From positions 900,001-932,000 of the forward strand of contig NC_009033.1 in the NCBI RefSeq assembly GCF_000015945.1: a stretch of DNA of 32,000 nt, in the 5' to 3' direction. How positions within the stretch are numbered: position 1 is the first letter of the stretch; every line of letters begins with the position of its first letter. The notes under the pieces were generated by a model. The model searched no databases and was not told the DNA's origin. It saw only the letters and a list, made by a program, of their open reading frames with translations. Shown here piece by piece: positions 9,571 through 16,848 of this stretch. The stretch is from Staphylothermus marinus F1. GTDB lineage: Archaea; Thermoproteota; Thermoprotei_A; Sulfolobales; Desulfurococcaceae. The position numbers and the translations under genes were made by a program.

Positions 9571-9644
9571 TGGGCCCGGGGGGATTCGAACCCCCGACCA
9601 CCGGGTTATGAGCCCGGCGCTCTACCTGGCTGAGCTACGGGCCC
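9571..9644 (-). tRNA. tRNA-Met (anticodon CAT; elongator type, tRNA-Ile2 not excluded)
   Basis: The reverse complement folds as a 74-nt cloverleaf: GGGCCCG-TA-GCTC-AGCCAGGTA-GAGC-G-CCGGG-CTCATAA-CCCGG-TGGTC-GGGGG-TTCGAAT-CCCCC-CGGGCCC-A. No CCA is encoded. Confidence 0.93.
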
Positions 9645-9668
9645 CCGGTGCCCATCTTCTCTATTTAG

Positions 9669-9676
9669 TTAAATAT
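9669..9676 (-). promoter_or_regulatory. candidate TATA box for tRNA-Met
   Basis: The minus strand reads ATATTTAA 25-32 nt upstream of the tRNA 5' end. That is the expected archaeal TATA position. Confidence 0.4.
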
Positions 9677-9719
9677 TATTGGGGGATTTATATGTTATCC
9701 GTTTTTCTCAATTATGATA

Positions 9720-10979
9720 TTATGTTCCAAGAGTCCATGATTTAAGATATTCTTCTTGCTCCTTTGTGAGCTTATCTATCTCTATATTCATCGATTCTAG
9801 TTTTAATCTAGCAACTCTTCTATCTAGTTCTAGTGGCGGATTGAAAACTTTTGGCGGTAACTTTCCTCTATTATCATATAAGTATTTTACAGCTAGGAAC
9901 TGGTTTGCAAAACTCATATCCATTACTTCGCTGGGATGACCTTCTGCTGCTACTAAGTTTACTAGTCTACCTTTAGCTAATAGATATATTCTCCTACCAT
10001 CTCTTAGCTTATACTCTGTAACATTGGGTCTAATCACTCTCTTATTCATTGATAAGGATTCTAGATCAGGTATCCATATTTCAACGTTGAAGTGGCCGGC
10101 ATTAGCTAGTATTGCTCCATCCTTCATTTTCTCTATATGCTCTTTTCTAATAACAGCCTTGTTGCCTGTCGCAGTAATAAATATATCACCAACTTCTGCT
10201 GCTTTAATCATAGGCATTACCTCGAATCCATCAAATACTGCTTCTAATGCACGAATAGGATCAACCTCGGTAATAATTACTCTGCGAGCACCTAGTCCTC
10301 TAGCACGCATAGCTATTCCTCTGCCAACCCATCCATAACCTGCTACAACAACTACTTTGCCAGCAACTAGTATATTTGTAGCTCTAAGTATTCCATCAAA
10401 TGTGCTCTGCCCTGTTCCATACCTGTTATCAAATAAGTATTTAGTATATGCATTATTAACAGCGATAACAGGGTATTTCAATAATCCATCTCTCTCCAAT
10501 GCTTTAAGCCTTATAACACCTGTTGTTGTTTCCTCTGTTCCACCAATTATTTTATCAGCTAAATCCAAGTGTTCCCTATGAATAGTTGCATGCAGATCTC
10601 CACCATCATCCAATACTATATCAGGATCGCTCTTAACCACTTGGTTTATACACCAATAATATTCTTCGCTACTCATACCTCTCCAAGCATAAACCCTTAT
10701 ACCATACTCTACTAATGCAGCAGCTACATCATCTTGTGTCGATAACGGATTACTAGCAGCTAACACTACATCTTCTGCACCAGCATCCTTTAAAGCTTTC
10801 ATTAAGACAGCTGTTTCTTTAGTCACATGTAGTACTGCACCAATTCTTAATCCTCTAAGCGGTTTTGATCCAGAATATTTCTTCCTCAAAAGCATCAATA
10901 CCGGCATATGGTTTTCAGCCCATTCAATCTTTAACTTGCCTTGCTCAGCCAATTCCATATTCTTAACTCTATACTCCAT
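9720..10979 (-). CDS. ahcY: adenosylhomocysteinase
   Basis: 419 aa. N-terminal [38 protein letters not shown]-binding [22 protein letters not shown], and GHFNVEI. Confidence 0.92.
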   Translation of the reverse strand: MEYRVKNMELAEQGKLKIEWAENHMPVLMLLRKKYSGSKPLRGLRIGAVLHVTKETAVLMKALKDAGAEDVVLAASNPLSTQDDVAAALVEYGIRVYAWRGMSSEEYYWCINQVVKSDPDIVLDDGGDLHATIHREHLDLADKIIGGTEETTTGVIRLKALERDGLLKYPVIAVNNAYTKYLFDNRYGTGQSTFDGILRATNILVAGKVVVVAGYGWVGRGIAMRARGLGARRVIITEVDPIRALEAVFDGFEVMPMIKAAEVGDIFITATGNKAVIRKEHIEKMKDGAILANAGHFNVEIWIPDLESLSMNKRVIRPNVTEYKLRDGRRIYLLAKGRLVNLVAAEGHPSEVMDMSFANQFLAVKYLYDNRGKLPPKVFNPPLELDRRVARLKLESMNIEIDKLTKEQEEYLKSWTLGT

Positions 10980-11058
10980 AACTGATCGCCTTTAAGACGT
11001 GATATTATTATATTATTATATTAGCGGCCTATAATAAATAATTAAAAGGTGCTGTTAT

Positions 11059-11568
11059 ATGAGTAAAAACAATGAGATAAGCGATAAAGCTATAATTATA
11101 ACATTAATAACCAAGCGTCCGTGGCTTATACCCTTCATATACTATATTCATACCTATTCAGGCCTCACATTAGAAGAGCTGAGAAAACTCGTTGGTGTTA
11201 GAACACAAATTATAAAAAGAGCATTATGGTGGTTGGCTAAAAATAATATTGTGGAGAAACGAGGAGAAAAATATGTTATTAAAGAAGAGTATGCGAGATT
11301 TATTGAGAAATTATTGTTTAATTGTTGTACAACAGGTAAAACCCACGTGTTAAAAATAGGTAAAACATACTTCGTAGTAATAATTAGGAGAACACGTATA
11401 TCAACATATACTGTGCCAGAAGACTTATACGATAAGTTAGTAGAGTATGAACTAAATGTTCAAACAGAGTTTCAACCCGAAGATCTCGTTAATACTCTAA
11501 ACATACCTATCCGTCTAGCACATAGAGTAGTTGCGTTAAGAAGAATTCTTAGAGAATGCTATTCTTAA
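11059..11568 (+). CDS. hypothetical protein with probable winged-helix DNA-binding segment
   Basis: 169-aa ORF divergent from ahcY. LTLEELRKLVGVRTQIIKRALWWLAKNNIVEKRGEKYVI reads as helix-turn-helix plus wing. I recognise no other family. Confidence 0.55.
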   Translation: MSKNNEISDKAIIITLITKRPWLIPFIYYIHTYSGLTLEELRKLVGVRTQIIKRALWWLAKNNIVEKRGEKYVIKEEYARFIEKLLFNCCTTGKTHVLKIGKTYFVVIIRRTRISTYTVPEDLYDKLVEYELNVQTEFQPEDLVNTLNIPIRLAHRVVALRRILRECYS

Positions 11569-11641
11569 TCAGCTTCGCAGGGCCTCCACATACCAGCTAT
11601 CCAATCAATAGTAGCTGTTCGGGGTCGGAGGTTTTCATCAC
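11569..11641 (-). ncRNA. atypical C/D-box-like sRNA candidate
   Basis: The minus strand reads GUGAUGA (11641-11635), then the 12-nt AAACCUCCGACC, then CCGA, and ends in CUGA (11572-11569). The distance from D' to D is 46 nt instead of about 23. That stretch contains a CAGCUA/UAGCUG hairpin, and there is no good C' box. Confidence 0.3.
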
Positions 11642-11688
11642 TAAGAATAATAAATGTGTATTCGCCAATAATAATTATTTTAGTAACA

Positions 11689-11740
11689 GTGATGAAGATC
11701 TTTGGAGCCGATGAGTGAGGATAACGGCGGAGCTCTGATC
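11689..11740 (+). ncRNA. C/D box sRNA (2'-O-methylation guide)
   Basis: Canonical archaeal architecture in 52 nt. C box GUGAUGA (11689-95), 12-nt guide AGAUCUUUGGAG, D' CCGA (11708-11), UGA loop, C' GUGAGGA (11715-21), 13-nt guide UAACGGCGGAGCU, D box CUGA (11735-38). It is intergenic, next to a tRNA. Confidence 0.7.
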
Positions 11741-11770
11741 GCTTCTCCCCTAAAAATTAATTATTAGAAG

Positions 11771-11866
11771 CGGGCCCGCCGGGATTTGAACCCGGGGCCT
11801 CCGGCTGGCCACGAACCCTACTATTCTCCGCAGGCCGGCGCCCTATCCAGGCTAGGCTACGGGCCC
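11771..11866 (-). tRNA. tRNA-Arg (anticodon GCG) with 21-nt intron
   Basis: Reverse complement: GGGCCCG-TA-GCCT-AGCCTGGATA-GGGC-G-CCGGC-CTGCGG[intron]A-GCCGG-AGGCC-CCGGG-TTCAAAT-CCCGG-CGGGCCC-G. The intron agaatagtagggttcgtggcc (11807-11827 on the plus strand) sits at the canonical 37/38 position. The mature length is 75 nt. Confidence 0.9.
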
Positions 11867-11933
11867 ATGAAGACCTCGTGGAGATTCTAGGTAGTAATTC
11901 ATTTTTCATAATTTATTAATTTGTTTTTATAAA

Positions 11934-12590
11934 CTATTTCTTTCTATGCGCTATTCTCTTAGATAATTGATCAGCTATGGCTGTTGGTAATGGCAACTTA
12001 TACTTAGGTGTTAATAGTTTTGTGGTTAATAAGTATGCGTCTTCAAGAGTTATCTTGTACCCTATGCTTATGTAGAGTTCTTGTCCTTTATGCTTGATTA
12101 TTCTGGCAACAATCATTCCATGTGCTTCAAGGTATTTTTCGCCATTAATTTCTCTTATTTCACCATATAGTTTCTTCTTAGCCACACCTATCGATGGTTT
12201 ATCCAGTACTAACCCTATATGGGTAGCTATACCTAGTCCTCTGGGATGAGATAACCCATGTCCATCAACAAATATAATATCTGGTTCATGCCTAAGCTTT
12301 AGAACAGCTGAAATATACGCAGGTGCTTCGCGGAAGGCGAGAAGCCCTGGAACATATGGTATTGGAGGCTTCTTAATAACAACACTATGCTCTAACACGT
12401 TTCCACTTGAAAAATCTAGGAGAACAGCGACACCATACATTAAACCTTTATGATAAGCAGCATCAACACCTACAACATACTTTATCTTGTCGAGATCGAT
12501 TCTCCCAATATTCTCTATAGACTTAAAAGCTTTCTCTGCAAGAGCTCTCTGAATCCTAACAGCTCTTCTATAATCAAAAACAATACTCAC
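11934..12590 (-). CDS. nfi: endonuclease V
   Basis: 218 aa with EndoV strings VVGVDAAY, PGLLAFREAP, IIFVDGHGLSHPRGLGIATHIGL and PSIGVAKKKL. The GTG start overlaps the upstream psmB stop by 1 nt. Confidence 0.88.
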   Translation of the reverse strand: MSIVFDYRRAVRIQRALAEKAFKSIENIGRIDLDKIKYVVGVDAAYHKGLMYGVAVLLDFSSGNVLEHSVVIKKPPIPYVPGLLAFREAPAYISAVLKLRHEPDIIFVDGHGLSHPRGLGIATHIGLVLDKPSIGVAKKKLYGEIREINGEKYLEAHGMIVARIIKHKGQELYISIGYKITLEDAYLLTTKLLTPKYKLPLPTAIADQLSKRIAHRKK

Positions 12591-13195
12591 TAGCTAGTCT
12601 CCCTTCTAAACATGTATTCTCTCAGAGAATAACCCTCTTCCGTGATCCTCAATACGTCTACTCCATCACCAGATACAGCGTCTCGCTCAATAGCTTCACG
12701 TATAGCTGAGACCGCGAGTTTTTCTGCTTCATCAACATCTATGTCTTCTCTATATTCTTTCTCAATAATGCCTAGTGCTATGGGTCCTCCAGAACCTAAA
12801 GCAACATATTTATCCTCTATCAAGCTACCAACAGGATCCAATACATATATTTGTGGACCTTTCTCATCAAATCCCCCCACAACAACCTCGGTCATGAGTG
12901 GGGCAAGTTTGTATGAGTAAAGTATTAGTGATAATATTTTAGCAAGCCCTCTAACACGTATTTCACGTCCCAGCTGTAACTCGTAGTTTTCAGCTTCCAT
13001 CCGTAGAGCACGAATAATGAATTGTGCATCGCCTACTAATCCAGCAAAACCTATACCTACATGTTTAGTTATTGGGTGGACTTTTCTAGTATTCTTGCTT
13101 AACACGTATCCATCATAAGTTAATCTTTTCTCGCCAGCAATAACTACTCCGTTAACAGCCTTAATACCCAATACTGTACCAGGCAAACTACTCAT
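12590..13195 (-). CDS. psmB: proteasome subunit beta (paralogue 1)
   Basis: The short propeptide MSSLPG precedes T-VLGIKAVNGVVIAGEKR. GFAGLVGDAQ and ALGSGGPIA are also present. The ORF is open to 13231, but the ATG at 13195 follows GGTG and gives a typical short propeptide. Confidence 0.88.
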   Translation of the reverse strand: MSSLPGTVLGIKAVNGVVIAGEKRLTYDGYVLSKNTRKVHPITKHVGIGFAGLVGDAQFIIRALRMEAENYELQLGREIRVRGLAKILSLILYSYKLAPLMTEVVVGGFDEKGPQIYVLDPVGSLIEDKYVALGSGGPIALGIIEKEYREDIDVDEAEKLAVSAIREAIERDAVSGDGVDVLRITEEGYSLREYMFRRETS

Positions 13196-13433
13196 AGCAA
13201 ACACACCATTAAAGACAGCTATGAAAACCATTTATCAAATACTATGAATAATCATAGAGTATTAAAAACATTCTTAGAAATAATATTTAAAACATCAACT
13301 CCATACATACTATATCCCTTCTCCCCATCCCTAATCCTCACTAATTAGAATAGTTTCGGCCTACTCCCCGAGACCACTAACATACAGAGACTCGGCAATA
13401 GTCTGTTTTCAACATTAAATAAAACCCGTAGAG

Positions 13434-14042
13434 GTGTATATGTTGACACATAAATGCCCAGTATGCGGAGGAACATTGATATGGGATTATGAGAGCGGTG
13501 AGGTAGTTTGTAGTAAGTGTGGATTAGTAGTTGATAAAATATATGATTATGGAGTAAGTAGGGAGAGAGAAGATGTTGTTGAATGGCGCGAAGTGAAACT
13601 AAAAACTTATCCGAAGAAAAACCATATTCTTAAAAAATATAAGTATCACATACGTCTTTACAATACCGCTCAAAACATTGTTAAAAACAAGCCTTGGCTA
13701 GAAATAGATTATTCAAAAATACTTGAAACAGGAAAAATGATCAAAACAATAAAATCAATAGCAACAATTAAAGCTGAAAAGAACATAACAGAGAAAAACC
13801 TGTGGGATAAGGTAGAAAAAGGAATAGAATATATAGAAAAGACTCATCCAGCAACACTAGCAAGGAGCGACAGAGGAAAATATGCATTAGCATATATGAT
13901 TTACTATTATATTCAAAAAACAAAATTTCCGCCACAAAAAGAGATAACAGAAATATTCAACATAAGTGAAACAAGCTATAAAAGACTATTGAAAACAGCG
14001 AAGAAAATAATATCGTTGAAACCAGCAATATACAATAAATAA
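13434..14042 (+). CDS. truncated TFB/TFIIB-like protein (zinc ribbon plus one helical HTH-like domain)
   Basis: The N-terminal CPVCGGTLIWDYESGEVVCSKCGLVV (CxxC-x15-CxxC) followed by EWRE matches the TFIIB ribbon and reader start. The C-terminal RGKYALAYMIYYYIQKTKFPPQKEITEIFNISETSYKRLLK resembles a single cyclin-fold/HTH segment. At 202 aa it is shorter than the roughly 300 aa of a full TFB. The start is the GTG at 13434 or the ATG at 13440. A TATA-like ATTAAATAAAA lies at 13414-13424. Confidence 0.7.
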   Translation: MYMLTHKCPVCGGTLIWDYESGEVVCSKCGLVVDKIYDYGVSREREDVVEWREVKLKTYPKKNHILKKYKYHIRLYNTAQNIVKNKPWLEIDYSKILETGKMIKTIKSIATIKAEKNITEKNLWDKVEKGIEYIEKTHPATLARSDRGKYALAYMIYYYIQKTKFPPQKEITEIFNISETSYKRLLKTAKKIISLKPAIYNK

Positions 14043-14184
14043 TTGTTTTAATCAATCAATAAACCACATTACTAGACAAAACCATTTTAAACCCTCCTTA
14101 TTTCTTACCAGAAATTTAATTTAACAATGATAAGTTAATAAGTCAATAATTAATTAGCCACCAACTAATTAGAACATTTAAGAA

Positions 14185-15249
14185 ATGAAAAATATTGTGA
14201 GAAAAGAAATGAAACCTGAGAAATTAAAGAAATACTATATTAAAACTTACAGCGAGCTTTACAACTTAGTTAATAGTAGAATGAAAACAGCATCCATACC
14301 GCCCCCTCCAAAGATAAAGAGGAAAGATAAGTTTCTACAACTAAGAAATACATTACTAGTAAAACTTGGAATTGTATATAATATTATTGATTCAGAACTA
14401 ACGAAAATTATTGAAGCTCTCAAAACAATATCATTAATGCATCCCTTCTACAAAGAATTATTCATGGCTAAAACTAAGAAGACACCTAAAGATCTTGTTA
14501 AGAGATTCACTATGCTTAAACATACTGCTACAAGAATATATAATGATGCAAAACAACAGATCAAGACTGGTTTAACCGGGAAAGAAATTGTTGGAGCTTT
14601 CAAAGCAGGTATTGGCAGATTATTATCTATTTATAGGAGAAATAATGATTTAATAATTGCGATCAAAGAATCAATAATTGAAATCTCCAAATTACCAGAT
14701 ATAACTGGCGACTTAGTAGTAATAATTGCTGGAATGCCTCAAGTAGGAAAATCTACTCTACTCAAAAAACTTACACATGCAAAACCGGAGATTTCCCCAT
14801 TCCCCTTCACAACCAAGACAATAATAGCTGGTCATATCACTGTAGAACCATATGGTAAAATAACACTTATTGATACACCCGGATTACTGGATAGACCATT
14901 AGATAGAAAGAACCCTATAGAATACAAAGCCGTGCTTGCTTTAAAACACTTAGCTGATATCACTATATATTTGTTCGATGTAAATCCACAGAGCTATTAT
15001 ACGTTTGAACAACAACTCAGCGTCTATAATGATATAAAGGAGCTTCTAGGAGATAAAGAAATGATTATCGCTATTAACAAGATCGATATAACCCCTAGAG
15101 AATACCTTGAAAAACAATGTATAAGAATCAAAGAAGTAACGGGGAAAGAACCTTTGCTCATATCTGCAGAGAAGGAATATAATCTCGATAAATTGAAAAT
15201 GATCCTTATAAACAAGCTTATGGAGAAAGCCCTACACCATGAATCCTAA
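14185..15249 (+). CDS. NOG1-family GTP-binding protein
   Basis: 354 aa. G1 GMPQVGKST, G2 FTTKT, G3 DTPGLLDRP, G4 NKID. The long helical N-terminal domain is as in archaeal NOG1/COG1084-type GTPases. Confidence 0.85.
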   Translation: MKNIVRKEMKPEKLKKYYIKTYSELYNLVNSRMKTASIPPPPKIKRKDKFLQLRNTLLVKLGIVYNIIDSELTKIIEALKTISLMHPFYKELFMAKTKKTPKDLVKRFTMLKHTATRIYNDAKQQIKTGLTGKEIVGAFKAGIGRLLSIYRRNNDLIIAIKESIIEISKLPDITGDLVVIIAGMPQVGKSTLLKKLTHAKPEISPFPFTTKTIIAGHITVEPYGKITLIDTPGLLDRPLDRKNPIEYKAVLALKHLADITIYLFDVNPQSYYTFEQQLSVYNDIKELLGDKEMIIAINKIDITPREYLEKQCIRIKEVTGKEPLLISAEKEYNLDKLKMILINKLMEKALHHES

Positions 15250-16291
15250 TTATTCCTTTCTCACCCTTATTCCCAACAATACTTACCTTAGAATTCGGCA
15301 GAAAAATCTTTGAGACCTCGATAGCTGTTAAAGTATGATTTGTAAGCTTAGAAACCCCAGCAATGCTTTCACCCCCAGCCAAGAACATGTATGGTATAAG
15401 CATATCACCCATATGACTATCAAAAGCCATACCACTACTAAGCTCGTCTATAAGCTTCTCAGCAGCTTCCCTTCCCACGATCTCGGCTCTCTTACCCCTT
15501 GCACCAAGAGCATCGCCTCCTAAACGAGTACCAGCTTCTACGTCAGCATATAATACTATACCGCTTCCAGGACCTAAATGCGGATCTCTGCCTGGTGGGT
15601 ATGATTCAATAAGTATGTTGGGTTCAACACCTAATTTTTCACGGATCACAGTTGCTGCACTACGTGCTTGTCTCTCAGCTACGTGTCGAGGCAATCTTAC
15701 AGCATGACTTATACCATAAATACTGATCAGTTTTCCTCTCTCAACAATATTTATAGGCTTCATTTTTCCAAGTAATGGTTTAACTTTAAGAACAACGCGG
15801 CCACCGCCTCGAGGATAATGTCCCCTCCTATACAGTTCTATCTCGACATCTACACCGAAGAATCTCAAATTATATATGAATACATATCTCATATAATCTA
15901 TTGGAGGGCTCCAAGGAACATCTGTGCCCCCAATTATTTCTACACTACTATATCCTTTGCTGAATAGGAGAGCTGGTAGAATCGCTTGAATAACAAGCGT
16001 AGTACTTCCAGCAGTTCCTATGTTGAATCTATAATTTCCAGGCTTCCGCCTCTTAGGCTCAAAATATATCTCCATACTACCAACTTTAGCCCCCTTAACA
16101 ACAGCGTCAGTAATCATTTGTAATGCTTTTACAGCTGTTAAATGCTGTGGTCTAAGTCCTGGATTACTACGTTTAGCACGTATATTATATATTCTAACAG
16201 GTTTAAGCGTTACAGCTGAGAATCCAAGACTATACCTTAAAATCTGTCCGCCACCCTCACCCATACTACCATCAATCTCTATGATCTCCAC
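15218..16291 (-). CDS. rtcA: RNA 3'-terminal phosphate cyclase
   Basis: IEIDGSMGEGGGQILRYSLGFSAV, NPGLRPQHL, and the conserved histidine region DSHMGDMLIPY. The ORF is open to 16324. The GTG at 16291 lies 9 nt after GGGAGG and gives the typical M-EIIEIDGS N-terminus. Confidence 0.88.
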   Translation of the reverse strand: MEIIEIDGSMGEGGGQILRYSLGFSAVTLKPVRIYNIRAKRSNPGLRPQHLTAVKALQMITDAVVKGAKVGSMEIYFEPKRRKPGNYRFNIGTAGSTTLVIQAILPALLFSKGYSSVEIIGGTDVPWSPPIDYMRYVFIYNLRFFGVDVEIELYRRGHYPRGGGRVVLKVKPLLGKMKPINIVERGKLISIYGISHAVRLPRHVAERQARSAATVIREKLGVEPNILIESYPPGRDPHLGPGSGIVLYADVEAGTRLGGDALGARGKRAEIVGREAAEKLIDELSSGMAFDSHMGDMLIPYMFLAGGESIAGVSKLTNHTLTAIEVSKIFLPNSKVSIVGNKGEKGIIRIHGVGLSP

Positions 16292-16799
16292 AACCACATA
16301 CCTCCCTAATTCTTTCAACACCATTTATTGACTCAATATATCTAGCAACTTGTTCCGGAACAAGATTTTTCCATTCCATACCATTACATATTCTACGCCG
16401 AATAATTGTTCCATTATACTCGCTTGGACTAAACAGGTTTAACTTAATAGTCTTAAAACCAATCCAATCATATATCTTAACAACATGTGGATTACCAGAT
16501 GCCACAGCATCTACGCGAGGCACCATGGATAAAACATATGTTGTCCAAGCAAGAGGCATACGTATATCGGGGATAGGGATTAACCAGTACCTGTCCCTAC
16601 TTATACCATTATTTTTAAGAACATAATCTATCATCTCTATTCTTTCACTAGCAGTAAATGGATTATTACATGTAAATCCTTCCTGGGCAGAACCAATAAC
16701 TATAACTACCTCATCGAATTCTCTAAGCAGCCTCTCAACAACTCGTAAATGACCTTTGTGGAACGGCTGAAACCTTCCAGGGTAAAGTACTCTATGCAT
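16272..16799 (-). CDS. nadM: nicotinamide-nucleotide adenylyltransferase (archaeal NadM type)
   Basis: GRFQPFHKGHLRVVERLL (the HxGH nucleotidyltransferase motif), VIVIGSAQ and SGTIIRRR-like NGTIIRRR. The ORF is open to 16808. The ATG at 16799 follows GAGAGGA. Confidence 0.85.
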   Translation of the reverse strand: MHRVLYPGRFQPFHKGHLRVVERLLREFDEVVIVIGSAQEGFTCNNPFTASERIEMIDYVLKNNGISRDRYWLIPIPDIRMPLAWTTYVLSMVPRVDAVASGNPHVVKIYDWIGFKTIKLNLFSPSEYNGTIIRRRICNGMEWKNLVPEQVARYIESINGVERIREVCGCGDHRD

Positions 16800-16848
16800 A
16801 AACATCATCCTCTCATATTTTTAGAAATATAGGGTTAGGTATAACACA

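Noticed and set aside
9536-9745. A 69-aa plus-strand ORF.
   Set aside because: It runs across the reverse complement of tRNA-Met. Its GC-rich core is the tRNA itself.
9571-11866. A possible integrated element between or next to the two tRNA genes.
   Set aside because: There is no integrase, no duplicated tRNA 3' segment (att-like repeat) anywhere in the window, and the intervening genes include core ahcY.
13300-13410. A C-rich stretch with short hairpins (CCGAG...CTCGG and AGACT(7 nt)AGTCT followed by GTTTT) between psmB paralogue 1 and the TFB-like gene.
   Set aside because: The stems are 5 bp and AT-containing. There is no box motif and no clear transcript boundary. The region is most simply two divergent promoters.
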